Source of the DNA: Candidatus Ozemobacteraceae bacterium
GTDB taxonomy: Bacteria > Muiribacteriota > Ozemobacteria > Ozemobacterales > Ozemobacteraceae
Length of the DNA: 64,000 bases
Reading direction: 5' to 3'
Assembly: GCA_965140445.1 (NCBI GenBank)
Contig: OZ223236.1
Span: forward strand, 416,001 to 480,000
Of this stretch, positions 19,367 to 30,338 are shown one piece after another (within the stretch, counting starts at the first letter, position 1; every line of letters starts with the position of its first letter). The position numbers were made by a program, and so were the translations under genes. The notes under the pieces were generated by a model that was not told the origin of the DNA, did not search any database, and saw only the letters and a list, made by a program, of their open reading frames with translations.

Positions 19367-22300
19367 TTATGGAGTATACCTTATAACTCTATTTCCGCCA
19401 CCTGCCGAGCTGCTTGTTGAGCCTCCAATTATATAAATATTAGGACCACAAGCGACCACTGCAGATTCAAATGTTCTGGCTGCTGTTGCCCCATTTGATT
19501 GATCCTGAGTATGTGGAATATCTTTCAAGCGTCGGACAGTATTTAATTCAGGATTCCATGCGGCAGCAGTGTTTATTGTCGTTCCACCAGAATTCTGGCC
19601 GCCGAAAATAAAAATTTCATCGCCCCAGGAACAAGCATCGAAACGAGATCGAACTAATAGATTTCCCGGATCAATTGGAGTAATTGTTGACCAGGTTCCC
19701 TGCTCCAAATCAAATACGTCTACTTCAGAGCGTGTAGTTGAACCTTCAATTCCACCAACTCGATAAACCTTTCCCTTATGATAAACGAGGCATTGCGCCC
19801 TGACTTTTCGAGGCATATCAGGTAAGCTTCTGGAGATTCCAAGAGAAAAGCTTGCCAGAGCTTCGTATTTGTGAATTCCTTGTGGCCAATAAATCATAGC
19901 TTTATCAGAATCATCCGACCCATCGTAACCGCCCGCAATCATAATTCCATAAGGAGTAAGGCAGGTCGCGCCTCTTTCAAGTTTGATTGCATTATTTTCA
20001 TCATCGGTGGTTTTGGTCATGTAAGGCTCTGTTACCCCACCTACAAAGTGAAATTCCATCTCTTCGACTTCAATATCGCTATCATAACTGGATTTGCAAA
20101 CCAGTTTATAATAATTGTAGGCTGTCGTATTTCCAACAGTGTAAGAGTGCCATGAAGCCGAGTCTGGGAGCACAGTGCTTGCATTTCCGTCAAGCGTTAA
20201 TGTATCCCATGCAGAGTTATCAAGGCTACCCTTAAATTCAATATCCTTTGGATTATCGTCACTACTAGGGTAAATTTTTAATAGGTTAACCACGGTTGGA
20301 GTGCTAAAGTGATATGAAACCCACTCGTAGTTTGGAGATCCGTCCATATGTCCTCCAGTATCCCACTCGTGATCAGTTCCTAAGTCGCCATCAAAAACTT
20401 CCCAGGCACGCTCTCCCATAACAATTTGCTCATGACTACAATCAATATCAGAAGTATCACCAGTTAAGGTCGGAGAAACTTTACCTGTAGCGTTAAAGTC
20501 TGCAGACGATTTATCTATACCTGTTTTGGGATTAAGTTTCTGAACCCAATCTGTTATACCAGAGCTAACTTGGCCATTGAAAGCGTATAACTCACCATCA
20601 TAAGCCACTACAGAATGAAGTTTCACGCCTTTATTCAAAGCCCCGGTTGTCGTAGGGTCAGCCCCGGCCAGGTTAGCAACTCCCCAGGCTCCATTACGCA
20701 AAGTAGGATTTGCTGCGTATTCGGATCCGCCTAGAACGTAAATACCACCGTCACTAACAGCTGCATTTTGTGCTCCCGCAAAATTAGTCGGCAAGGTGTT
20801 TGGCAAAATCTCATAATTATCGCCGATATTTTTTAAGTAACCAGGTCTAACCGCAAAGCATTTTGGTTTAGTTGCCCCAAGACTGATAGAAAACTTTTCA
20901 TCTAAATAGGTTGAGCTATTGCTAATATCCCGGATTATGATTTTTTTGCCGTCTGTATCTCCGTAAATGAGTGAACTATTATCAGGTGAAACAGCGAATG
21001 AGCCTTCAAGAAAATCAACAGTGGATACTGCTCTTGTTACAAATGGACTTCCAACTTTGTAATAATGGATTTTATCGCCGTTAGACGTAAAAACAAACAA
21101 AGTCGGACTTGCTGTGTCTCTATTCCAGGTCAAATGAGTTTCTGCGGGGGTGTTGCCTGCAAAATCCTGGTGGAACATCAGTTGTGGTCTGAATCTAAAG
21201 GCGGTTGTTTCATTGTTGGTGATTTTTTCAAAAGTTGAGCCGCCGCTACAGGTACAGGCTTTCAGAGTACAACTACCACCAGCAGGAGTAGTAGCTTTCG
21301 TAAAGTTTGACGAATTTGTTCCCGGTTTCCACCAATCGCCAGGATTCACTAAATGGGTTTCTGCTGAACTGGAAGAAAAAATCCCCATACCCAAGTTTGA
21401 ATCTCCGGTGGACGAATTTTCTACTTGAAGAAATTTTGTTTGATTTGCTATGAGCGAAAAGGTTGTTGGATCAGGGTTGTTCGCACCATCAACCTTTGGA
21501 CTATAAGCCTTTTGATGATCGTTTCCACCAGCCCAATTCAAACTTTTGTCAATAAAACCTGTATAGTCAAGGTTACTCAGATAAAATCTCCCACCATCCC
21601 TAACCATAAAACCTATGCCATTTACTGCAGATGTGGGACTGTAATAACCGAAAAATCGCGAAGAATTCAAAGTATATTGCCCAGAAGAATCTTTGTAGTA
21701 ATTGGCAGGATTACTTTTAAAGTTAGCTTCCCAGGCGTTATCAGTTAAAGAAGTAAAAGCATCTCTAAGCTTATTATGTGGTCGACCTGCAGTTCTTTCT
21801 TTAAAAGAAGTGTCAAAATCAAAAGTTGCATCCTGGCCAACGTATGTAGAAGTATCATTTCCGGCTTGTCTATAATCAAGAATCATCCCGTTAATTTGCG
21901 TTCTAAAACCAAAATTCTGGGAGTTAAACTCATAAATAGCAACCTTACTATCTGGAGATGTACCTAAGCATGTAATAGCAAGAAGGCTATCATCAGGACT
22001 AATAGCAATTTCAGTAGCATTCGGCGGAGGGAAATTATCTCTAGTACTATTCCAGCGAGCAAATCTCTCATAATGGCCAGAATCTCTTCCCGCGGTTGAT
22101 TTCTCATGAACGCCGACCCAATCTAGAATAGTTTCGCCAGAATATGTATTTTTTACTAATGCTAAGAATCCACCCTTATTTAGAGCTTTAATGTCTTGAA
22201 CAACCCAGGTTCCAGCGGTGAAATCTACATCTTTCGCAGCTCTAAAGTCAGGGGGAGGTGAGCCAGGAATCGGAGTTTCAGGGGCCCAATAACCATTGAA

Positions 22301-24298
22301 TATGTTGTTTGAGGCGTGAATCTCTTTGGTTAAAAAATGATCGTTAAAATTATCTGTGGCAAGAAACTTGACGCCATGTATGTTTGCAGCCCCCTGGTTT
22401 GGATTAATAACCGTTTGATTCGCAAAGGTTTTGTAAGTATCCATACCAGCTCTGGCGGCTCCAAAACCCAACTTAAACCTATCACCCTGAGGGCTTATAT
22501 CAATACATTCCGGAGTATCCGTCAAACCTGACAACTCAAGACTCTCATTAAGCTTACCTGTATTAAGATCAATATACTTAACAGAATTATCGTCACAACC
22601 AACAAGCAAATATTCTGGACGGCGAGCGGCTATGTCAGCGATATAATCCTTGTCTGCAGACACCTGAATTAAGTTTTCTGTGGAAAGTCCCGTATCTACA
22701 TCACCTGCTAAGATAGCCGTAACAGAAGCCACACATAAATAGCTGTCCTCTGAGAAAAAAACAATATGATCGTCATTAGGTGCGGCAATTCCCTGCAAAA
22801 CCTTTTGTTTTGCAGGGCCAGGATATACGTGGGGAAGCGTGGTATTAAATCCTGGTGTAGTTGCAAAATTGGTAGTTGCAAGATCAAGCAAAAAGAATCC
22901 GCCTAAATTCGTAGCGTCTTTTGTATCATTAAATGCCAAATACTTTGAATCGCGTGTTATAAACATATCCGATGGCTTCTCATTCAAAGTAACAGTAGCC
23001 TTGCCCAAATATTGTAGATCTCTGGATCGATATTTTAAAATACTTGCTGGATCTTTCTTTTCATCAACAACGTAAAAATACTGTCCTGCTATGTCAGGAG
23101 CAACAGCTACAGGGTGTGCACCCACATTGCCACTAACGTCAACAAACTGTTTAACAGGGCTAGAAGGGTTAATGGGATACATCTGAGTTCTAATGACCAT
23201 ATCAGCGTCTTTATCAACAACATATAGCCAGCCATCATTTCCAGCAATCATATCTCTAGGTTTATCGGAAGCTCCAGAATAAGTAAAATCAAATTTGGGA
23301 GTATAGGTTAGGGGCCAGGTTATGGGATCTGTTTCCCAGCCAGTTACAAAACTTCCGTGGATTTTTTTATCCGTATGATTTGTGAAATATAGATTTTTGC
23401 CGTCGGGGCTAAATGTAATTCCGCGATCCTCACGTGCCTTTTCTCCATCATCTTTTTTCACATCAGCAATTTTTGAAGCAAAAGTAGCTATTTCTGCCAC
23501 CTTGCCATAGTCTGAGCTAGTTCTATCAAGATTTAAAACTCGTAAATTCTTTTCAGATTGAATACCGAGAAACTTATTCGAAGGATGAATTTCTATATTC
23601 CAAGGACGATTCAGGTTTTGTGCATCATCATCATAAGGTTTTGATGTATCTATTTTAGGAAACTGAAAGCTTTCAACCAACGTTTTAGATTCTGGATCAA
23701 ACAGATTAACTGATAGGTTTGATGATTCGCAAATATAGATGTATTCATCAGAAAATCGAGGCACCGAAACTAACGAAAAGTAACTAATTGAGTCTGTAGC
23801 AACAACATTTTCATTGGCTTGAATTTCAGTTTTTACAACAACTGCTTTCAGACCAGAAACATTGTTCTTATAATCATTGGGAATAACAATTGCGCCATTT
23901 GTGTTTTCAAGCTTGAGCTGATCTCTAACTTCAACTTCTGTTTTAAAAATGTAAATGAGTTCGGTAACAGTTGAAATTGCCAAAAAGTCTGCCGGCGCTG
24001 AAGCTGAGTCTAATGATAATTCCTGAGGCGGATTATGATCGTCAAGGTAGACGTAATGATATTCGATCTGGTTAGAAACTTTTTCGAGGTCGAACCCGGC
24101 ATTGGCGACTTCTTTATTCAGCCTCGACCTGGCGAGCATTCTAAGTTTTTCTCTGTAATTATAGGTCTGGCTTCTGGAGAGGCTGTTTTGAAGGGTTCCA
24201 ACAATAGGAACCAAACAATAGCCGGTAATAATAATTACAACAAGAGCCTCTGGTAGTGTAAAAGCCCGCTTTTTTAAAAATTCAAAAAACTTTTTCAT
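19367..24298 (-). CDS. Prepilin-motif protein fused to beta-propeller, discoidin (F5/8C)-like and Kelch domains
   Basis: KRA|FTLPEAL; FSPDG and ISPDD blades; AWEVFDGD...EWVSYHF...YNYYKL...EMEF; IYVLGG, VYRVGG, IFIFGG and IYIIGG Kelch blades. Confidence 0.75.
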   Translation of the reverse strand: MKKFFEFLKKRAFTLPEALVVIIITGYCLVPIVGTLQNSLSRSQTYNYREKLRMLARSRLNKEVANAGFDLEKVSNQIEYHYVYLDDHNPPQELSLDSASAPADFLAISTVTELIYIFKTEVEVRDQLKLENTNGAIVIPNDYKNNVSGLKAVVVKTEIQANENVVATDSISYFSLVSVPRFSDEYIYICESSNLSVNLFDPESKTLVESFQFPKIDTSKPYDDDAQNLNRPWNIEIHPSNKFLGIQSEKNLRVLNLDRTSSDYGKVAEIATFASKIADVKKDDGEKAREDRGITFSPDGKNLYFTNHTDKKIHGSFVTGWETDPITWPLTYTPKFDFTYSGASDKPRDMIAGNDGWLYVVDKDADMVIRTQMYPINPSSPVKQFVDVSGNVGAHPVAVAPDIAGQYFYVVDEKKDPASILKYRSRDLQYLGKATVTLNEKPSDMFITRDSKYLAFNDTKDATNLGGFFLLDLATTNFATTPGFNTTLPHVYPGPAKQKVLQGIAAPNDDHIVFFSEDSYLCVASVTAILAGDVDTGLSTENLIQVSADKDYIADIAARRPEYLLVGCDDNSVKYIDLNTGKLNESLELSGLTDTPECIDISPQGDRFKLGFGAARAGMDTYKTFANQTVINPNQGAANIHGVKFLATDNFNDHFLTKEIHASNNIFNGYWAPETPIPGSPPPDFRAAKDVDFTAGTWVVQDIKALNKGGFLALVKNTYSGETILDWVGVHEKSTAGRDSGHYERFARWNSTRDNFPPPNATEIAISPDDSLLAITCLGTSPDSKVAIYEFNSQNFGFRTQINGMILDYRQAGNDTSTYVGQDATFDFDTSFKERTAGRPHNKLRDAFTSLTDNAWEANFKSNPANYYKDSSGQYTLNSSRFFGYYSPTSAVNGIGFMVRDGGRFYLSNLDYTGFIDKSLNWAGGNDHQKAYSPKVDGANNPDPTTFSLIANQTKFLQVENSSTGDSNLGMGIFSSSSAETHLVNPGDWWKPGTNSSNFTKATTPAGGSCTLKACTCSGGSTFEKITNNETTAFRFRPQLMFHQDFAGNTPAETHLTWNRDTASPTLFVFTSNGDKIHYYKVGSPFVTRAVSTVDFLEGSFAVSPDNSSLIYGDTDGKKIIIRDISNSSTYLDEKFSISLGATKPKCFAVRPGYLKNIGDNYEILPNTLPTNFAGAQNAAVSDGGIYVLGGSEYAANPTLRNGAWGVANLAGADPTTTGALNKGVKLHSVVAYDGELYAFNGQVSSGITDWVQKLNPKTGIDKSSADFNATGKVSPTLTGDTSDIDCSHEQIVMGERAWEVFDGDLGTDHEWDTGGHMDGSPNYEWVSYHFSTPTVVNLLKIYPSSDDNPKDIEFKGSLDNSAWDTLTLDGNASTVLPDSASWHSYTVGNTTAYNYYKLVCKSSYDSDIEVEEMEFHFVGGVTEPYMTKTTDDENNAIKLERGATCLTPYGIMIAGGYDGSDDSDKAMIYWPQGIHKYEALASFSLGISRSLPDMPRKVRAQCLVYHKGKVYRVGGIEGSTTRSEVDVFDLEQGTWSTITPIDPGNLLVRSRFDACSWGDEIFIFGGQNSGGTTINTAAAWNPELNTVRRLKDIPHTQDQSNGATAARTFESAVVACGPNIYIIGGSTSSSAGGGNRVIRYTP

Positions 24299-24505
24299 AT
24301 TTCTACTCCCGACCAGATTAACTTAAACCCTTGTAAATCTTATCTCTGCTTTAATTTTAACACGGAAAATCTATGTACGCAGCATGCAAAAAGTCTTTAC
24401 AAATTCGCAACCCGCTTGAATCAGGCTCTAGCCTCATCAATATGGGCTTTCTAATTGATTAAGAGACTTGTCTGACATTTTTTTTACAAAAACCAAAAAA
24501 TCAGA

Positions 24506-25348
24506 CTACTTTTTCATGAGAAAAAGAACAGTAGTCCATGGTCTGATCAATGTTCCGCCATTGCCATCAATGATTGCGGTAATTTTTGCGAATAGCTCTT
24601 CTCGTATTTCCTGGACCAGAATAATGTGATCAGAGTAAGTGCTTAGGAGTCTGAGATATTCTGAGGAAGTAAATTCCTTTTCCCATGGGAACTTGTGAAT
24701 CGAAATTTTCCCAAATAACTTGGTGTTAGAAATTTGGTCCAGCCGATCGTTTATAAGATTTGTCATATTTTTTTCGGAACGCTCTTTAGCCATTTCGGGA
24801 ACAATTTGCCTATAAGCATCTCCTATGCTCTCCCAAACCTTTCCCTCAACATCTGGAAACATGTTCCAGAATAAAGCAAAGCTGCCCTTAGAGCGCATTA
24901 TGTTTGCAACCTTTGGAAATCCTATATCAGGGTTTACCCAATGAAAGGCGCTTCCAGAATAGACAAGATCGAAGGTTCTCTCTTCAGGCTCCCAGGCTTC
25001 AAAAGTACTTTCCTCAAAAATCAAATCTACTGAATTACCATAAGTTTTTTGAGCCACTTCTAACAAATTCTTTCCCGGGTCAATTCCGATTATATTGTAA
25101 TTTTTCCCATGAAACAGTTTTGTGGCCTGTCCAGGACCCACACCTATTTCAAGGAGATCTGAACCTTTTTTCAGCTTTGCTTCAAGTTCAATAAATTGCC
25201 CCAGCTCTATCGGGTATCCCGGTCTAAATTTTTCGTAATCTGCAGCAATTGTATCAAAGGCTCCAGCTCTTTCTTTTTCTTTATGCATATTATTAAGCAT
25301 CGCAATTCCCTTTTTATGGTTTCTAAAATTGAATCTCCCGCAATTCAA
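24506..25348 (-). CDS. Class I SAM-dependent methyltransferase
   Basis: YEKFRPGYP, LEIGVGPGQAT, FDLVYSGSAFHWV. Confidence 0.9.
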   Translation of the reverse strand: MNCGRFNFRNHKKGIAMLNNMHKEKERAGAFDTIAADYEKFRPGYPIELGQFIELEAKLKKGSDLLEIGVGPGQATKLFHGKNYNIIGIDPGKNLLEVAQKTYGNSVDLIFEESTFEAWEPEERTFDLVYSGSAFHWVNPDIGFPKVANIMRSKGSFALFWNMFPDVEGKVWESIGDAYRQIVPEMAKERSEKNMTNLINDRLDQISNTKLFGKISIHKFPWEKEFTSSEYLRLLSTYSDHIILVQEIREELFAKITAIIDGNGGTLIRPWTTVLFLMKK

Positions 25349-25387
25349 CTATCGAATTACGGGAGAGTATTAAAAAGATTCAATTTA

Positions 25388-26191
25388 CTATTTTGCACGA
25401 CCGGTCATGTCAAATCGCCAGACCGGAACCTTTTCATATACGTTTTTTGTAGCATTGTTAATTGAAACATCTTTAAGATTTTCGCTTTTGTAAAGAGCCT
25501 CACCCAAACCAGAGATAGAATTTAAATCAAAAGCATATCCAGTCATCTGAACACGTTGGTCGCTATCAATTCGTAAATTAGTGAGCCAATTGTTTTCCGC
25601 AGTTTTTTCTGCTTTCCCTATGCCTCTTTTAATTTGCGGAGTAAAACAGGTATTTTTCAACACAGCATCGAAAACCTGTATAAGTTTTTTTCCTCTATTA
25701 ACCAATTTAGAATCTTCAGGAAAAGAGCCTGTGTAGAGTTTGCTTAATAATGTAATAGTAAGAATCGGAGCGCCATCTTTTTGAGTTTCCGCACTAACTG
25801 AAACATTGGCCGCCAAATTCACAATTTTGTCGCCATCTTCATCGTAGCTATCAATCTTGCGTAAAGCTTTTAAAATCTGGTCGGCTGGGGCTGAAATAGC
25901 TGTTTCAAATGGAATTTCCAGCCACTTTTCTGTTTTGATTACAGGAGAAATTCTTAAGCTCTGAAATCTCACATTATCTATAGAAAAAGCATCATTAAAA
26001 CAAGCAATAGCAGAGCTAACTTTTTTAAACTCAGCTAATCCAGAGTGCGCTTCCGAGGCTTGAGCCATTGCTACCGAAGAACCTAAAATCAATGCTCCAA
26101 GCACACATAAAATATAAATAGTTCTGCGCATGAAATTTCCTCCTCCGCCTGGTTTTACAGATATTTTAGCAGAATTAGTTTGAAGCCTCAA
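25388..26191 (-). CDS. Secreted protein with C-terminal PilN-like domain (start probably MRRTIY)
   Basis: WLTNLRID...VQMTGYA...F.MTG; GGAGGA SD before ATG at ~26131. Confidence 0.55.
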   Translation of the reverse strand: MRLQTNSAKISVKPGGGGNFMRRTIYILCVLGALILGSSVAMAQASEAHSGLAEFKKVSSAIACFNDAFSIDNVRFQSLRISPVIKTEKWLEIPFETAISAPADQILKALRKIDSYDEDGDKIVNLAANVSVSAETQKDGAPILTITLLSKLYTGSFPEDSKLVNRGKKLIQVFDAVLKNTCFTPQIKRGIGKAEKTAENNWLTNLRIDSDQRVQMTGYAFDLNSISGLGEALYKSENLKDVSINNATKNVYEKVPVWRFDMTGRAK

Positions 26192-26247
26192 TATGGCAAA
26201 TGCAAACAGCCATGATCAATTTATTAACTTTGCTTCAAATGAAACAT

Positions 26248-26772
26248 TCATTTTTTTTCTGTTGCTAAAATATATGAATATTGCGCATTTAAAAGAGCAT
26301 CAGAAGGAAAAAAGTTAAGAATGTAAATTAAAGCTGTTTTTGCTTCTGCATACTTACTTTGAGCTGTCAGAGCCTTAGAAAGATACAAAGCCCCGTAATA
26401 ATTTATAGGATCAATGGCTAGAATTTCCCGACAATGGGTTTCAGCCTGCTGAAAGTCCATTTTCGCCATGCAGATGTGATACAAGCCCATTCTTGGCTCA
26501 AAGGACCACCTATTTTTTTTCAAAGCCTTTTCATAATGAAAGATTGCGTTAGCATGTTTTCCGACAAGATAATAATTCCAGCCTAATTGGGCATTTAGAA
26601 AATAATCATCTGGATACTTTTCTATTTTTTTCAGCAGCTCAGTAATCGCTCTTTCAGTTGCATTCTGCTTCGCCTGAGAAATTTCCTGTGCAAAGCATGG
26701 GATTACAGACATGCTGAAACTTATAGCTACAATAAAAAATGCCATTCTGAGTAATTTCATATTTTCCCCCAC
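26248..26772 (-). CDS. Secreted TPR protein
   Basis: LGWNYY...AIFHYEKAL and LAIDPINYYG TPR motifs; signal peptide. Confidence 0.8.
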   Translation of the reverse strand: MGENMKLLRMAFFIVAISFSMSVIPCFAQEISQAKQNATERAITELLKKIEKYPDDYFLNAQLGWNYYLVGKHANAIFHYEKALKKNRWSFEPRMGLYHICMAKMDFQQAETHCREILAIDPINYYGALYLSKALTAQSKYAEAKTALIYILNFFPSDALLNAQYSYILATEKK

Positions 26773-26792
26773 AAATTTCTGACAGCAATACC

Positions 26793-28931
26793 TTAACTTA
26801 CTTTGATCTCTCTTTTATATATAACATCATCGTTAACCTTTATTTCAGAAAATCCAATTCCAGTGTCAAATTTCAGTGAGGTTTGCATTTTTTTTCCAGG
26901 ACCATTAATTTCGCCATTTACTTCTAGTCCTTCTTTATCAATAAACCATTTACCCCTGGTTTTTATTGGAACACTAATACCAGCTAAAAATTGATATATC
27001 TCCTTGCGAATCCCGGTTGCATAAACATTTATAGGCAAAGAATCATACCATGGAGTATTAATCATGCAGTTTAATGGAATTCTAGGCATAGCGGCCATAA
27101 AAAGGCGCAATGGTGAAGAAGAATCTCCGATGAAATCATAGTAGTAAAATGCATTGTTTTTAAGGGCAAAATAAAGCTTTCCATTAAAATCATCTTCAAA
27201 GAAAAATAAGCCAGAGGTGTCTTCGGTTCTAGAAACTCTCAGATTAAAATCAATATTCCTGAATTTCTTCTCGCCGTCACAACTGACGCATTGCTTCCAG
27301 GTGTATGGGAAAACTGTTCCCAGAATAAAAGACAGTTTCTGCGTTAAAAAGCTTTCAGCAATAACAGCCTCAACTTCAGTGTCTTTTTCAGGAATTGTCC
27401 CAAAACAAAAAGAATTATCAGCTTTAAAGCAATCAATGTTGAACGGAACTGTCTGATCCCCTAAATAGCCTGTATTTTGAACCTGCATGTGGAGATGCGG
27501 TTCTAGAGAGTAACCAGTATTACCCACCTTGCCAATTGGCGCGCCCTGATACACCCATTGACCTGCAGTTACTAAAATTGAATTTTGCATAAAATGGCTT
27601 AATTCAACGTAGAAACCTTCAAGGGTTCTAATTATTACAAAATTTCCCCAATTATTAACGTGATCAAGCTTTCCCATCTGATTGTCGGGAAGGTCGTTCC
27701 TGATCGCAGCTATATAACCGGATACTGGTGATAAAACGGTTTTTCCAAAAATCAAGTAACTCTGAACATCGGCGGGGTCGCCTCGGTAGGTTTTTCCCTC
27801 ATCCATAGCGTGGAAATCCAAAGCATGCCGCCACTTCCCTTTATGAGTCAATTCACCATTAAAACTCTGCATAATCTTTACTTTTTCAGCAATAGGCAGT
27901 GAAATTGATGGTTCTCCAGATCTGAATCTGTTTTGAAATTCAATAAAGTGGTTCAAAGAAGCTTCTGGAGTGCCAAGACTAATAAATTTTGATTCTTTAA
28001 ACCCTGCAATTTTCATGGCGATGATAAAAGGGATAACCGTAAAATTGAATGGCAAAGTAAAAACCGGGATTCGATACAGTTCTGCAATCCTTGAAGAGCC
28101 ACCAACCAGCAGCACTGAAACCGACACTGCTGCCAAAAGCACGCAGCCGGTTCTCAATGACGAAATTAGAAAAGTGCCTCCCAAAGCCAGTCCCACAAGA
28201 ATATAGTTAAAGGAGTATGGGTTATAAAGAGCGAGATCGACCGAACCAATCAACGTGGAATGAATTAAAATCCCAGTTGCAAAGCTGACTAATCCCCAGA
28301 AAACCATGATCCGCGAATGCAAAATCATGAGAATCAGTATAATCAGCCCGGATAAGACATTTGGCATGAATAGAATGGTCCCTATGGACTTTAAAAGTGA
28401 ACTTAAATAAAGAGGCAAAGACGCTTCCACGCCACTTAAAATAGAAAAGTCGTAATAACTTAAAGCAAACAAGTTACCGAACTTCCAGGAACCCAGATAA
28501 ACTACGGTGCTAACAATAGCAAATGGCAAAGACATGACTGGGGCCCCTGAAGAATACAGGTAATGCTCTAATAACAACGTAGTTACAAAGGTAAGAAAGG
28601 ATGCAGTTGCAATAAAGAAAACAACGGAAAGATCAAGCCGATAAAGAGCTCCGATAGACATTCCAACCAATAAAGGATTATAAATAATCGCTGGTCGCAG
28701 GAGATTCTCTTTAGAAAGCCCACTTAAAGTTCCAAACAAGAAAAGGCTCGCAACGGCTAATAGCCCGGACAAGGCGATATTGGGATGAATAAAACCCAGC
28801 ACTAAAAGCAAAATTCCAGCTGAAACCTTTGGAACAAAGATAACTGCTCCATAGGCAATAAGATGCTGGTAAAAGTTGCTTTTTAATGCCAGCTTTAATC
28901 CATGATTTTCATTGTTTTCGCACTGATTCAC
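26793..28931 (-). CDS. Urea-transporter-like membrane domain fused to an M23 peptidase domain
   Basis: Multi-TM N-half with YNPLLVG, FNYILVGLALGG and FTLPF UT-like motifs; H.....HALDF, WGNFVII and PHLHMQ M23 motifs. Confidence 0.8.
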   Translation of the reverse strand: MNQCENNENHGLKLALKSNFYQHLIAYGAVIFVPKVSAGILLLVLGFIHPNIALSGLLAVASLFLFGTLSGLSKENLLRPAIIYNPLLVGMSIGALYRLDLSVVFFIATASFLTFVTTLLLEHYLYSSGAPVMSLPFAIVSTVVYLGSWKFGNLFALSYYDFSILSGVEASLPLYLSSLLKSIGTILFMPNVLSGLIILILMILHSRIMVFWGLVSFATGILIHSTLIGSVDLALYNPYSFNYILVGLALGGTFLISSLRTGCVLLAAVSVSVLLVGGSSRIAELYRIPVFTLPFNFTVIPFIIAMKIAGFKESKFISLGTPEASLNHFIEFQNRFRSGEPSISLPIAEKVKIMQSFNGELTHKGKWRHALDFHAMDEGKTYRGDPADVQSYLIFGKTVLSPVSGYIAAIRNDLPDNQMGKLDHVNNWGNFVIIRTLEGFYVELSHFMQNSILVTAGQWVYQGAPIGKVGNTGYSLEPHLHMQVQNTGYLGDQTVPFNIDCFKADNSFCFGTIPEKDTEVEAVIAESFLTQKLSFILGTVFPYTWKQCVSCDGEKKFRNIDFNLRVSRTEDTSGLFFFEDDFNGKLYFALKNNAFYYYDFIGDSSSPLRLFMAAMPRIPLNCMINTPWYDSLPINVYATGIRKEIYQFLAGISVPIKTRGKWFIDKEGLEVNGEINGPGKKMQTSLKFDTGIGFSEIKVNDDVIYKREIKVS

Positions 28932-28933
28932 AG

Positions 28934-30307
28934 CTATTCAAATCTCTTATTAACAGCTTGCTGAAGGTCTTGCGGGATCTCTTCCCTGATTTCCATGTCT
29001 GAGAAGGACTCTTTTCTTCTGATTACATCTACTTTCCCGGACTCTCTGATAAGAACAGTAGCCGGTCTCATGTGTATAAATTGCATAGATTGGGTCATGT
29101 TGTATGCACCAACAGGCGAAAGAATGAGTTTGGTTCCTTTGTCCAATCTAGGAAGCATTACAACTTCTTCCAGCACATCAATATTCATGCATAAAGGCCC
29201 CAGAAGGGTTGAAGATTCAAAATTTCCTGTTCCCAGTCTGTCTGATTCAACGTTGTAGTTATACCAGGTGCTGGTGTAGAGAAGGTTTACTCCAGCATCC
29301 ATCACGTAGCCTCTTTGCCCATTTACCAGGTTTCTTGCTGAAAGGACAGATGTAATCAGGTATCCGGCTTCATCAATAAGATGGCGTCCAGATTCGAGAT
29401 AAAGTTTTGGATATGGCTCTTCGTTCAGATTTCTCAACAAAGCACCGCAAATAGCTTCCGCATACGATTCTATTGAAGGCACAATAACTTCTGGTGGTTG
29501 ATAAATCCCTTTAAGCCGACTCATTGAAGCAAATCCTCCACCCAGATCAATGTATTCTATGGATTTGCCAAAAATTGCTTTTACATGTCCAGCAAGAACC
29601 ATGAGCTTTTCAACGGCTCTAGCATAGGCTTTAGGGTCGAGTATAAATGTGCCAATATGTGTGTGCAGACCATTTACAACGAGTCTGCCTCCAGCTTTAA
29701 TTCTTTTTATAGCATCCTGAGCCTGGCCATTATCAAAGTTAAATCCAAATCTGGACCAGCTTGGATATACGCCGGTATCCATGTTTACTCTAATTGCAAC
29801 AGGAATGATCTTGTCCAGTTTCCTGCTAACTTTTTCCAGGTCTGAGATTTCATCAAAGTTATCGATGTGAATCATGGCGTTTTCCTGTGCAGCTCGTTCC
29901 AATGATTCCATGGACTTATAAGGGCCATTGAAAATAATATTTTTGCCAGGAACTCCAAGATTTCTTGCCTTTTCATATTCAAAAGAGCTGACAACTTCAG
30001 CAAGACTGCCTAAATCATGGAAAACTGCACAAACAGATTTGAGATAGTTGGTTTTATAGCTCCAGGCAAACTGAAAATTAGGGTATCTTTTTGTGAACTC
30101 TTCATTGGCTTTAAGGTATTTTTCCCGGATTTTTTTCTCTGAAATCACGAAAAGTGGAGAGCCAAAATCTTCAACTAATTTTGAAATTGGTACTCCATCA
30201 ATATCTTCACGGATTTTTTGAGAAAATTCAGGGGAAATCCTGGCAGATTTGCCAGCGAGACGAGTTTCTATCTTTGAAATAACTGGTTTTTCGTATTTTT
30301 TGGTCAT
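28934..30307 (-). CDS. PLP-dependent group IV (LysA/BtrK-like) decarboxylase
   Basis: FGSPLFV, WSYKTN (PLP Lys), NGPYK, GLHTHIG, DLGGGF, ESGR, GPLCM, VGAY. Confidence 0.88.
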   Translation of the reverse strand: MTKKYEKPVISKIETRLAGKSARISPEFSQKIREDIDGVPISKLVEDFGSPLFVISEKKIREKYLKANEEFTKRYPNFQFAWSYKTNYLKSVCAVFHDLGSLAEVVSSFEYEKARNLGVPGKNIIFNGPYKSMESLERAAQENAMIHIDNFDEISDLEKVSRKLDKIIPVAIRVNMDTGVYPSWSRFGFNFDNGQAQDAIKRIKAGGRLVVNGLHTHIGTFILDPKAYARAVEKLMVLAGHVKAIFGKSIEYIDLGGGFASMSRLKGIYQPPEVIVPSIESYAEAICGALLRNLNEEPYPKLYLESGRHLIDEAGYLITSVLSARNLVNGQRGYVMDAGVNLLYTSTWYNYNVESDRLGTGNFESSTLLGPLCMNIDVLEEVVMLPRLDKGTKLILSPVGAYNMTQSMQFIHMRPATVLIRESGKVDVIRRKESFSDMEIREEIPQDLQQAVNKRFE

Positions 30308-30338
30308 CTCTATTACCTTTCTATTGTTTTAAAGAAGA

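Noticed and set aside
28934..30307. Assigning the symbol lysA
   Set aside because: Fold fits, but operon context suggests a different substrate
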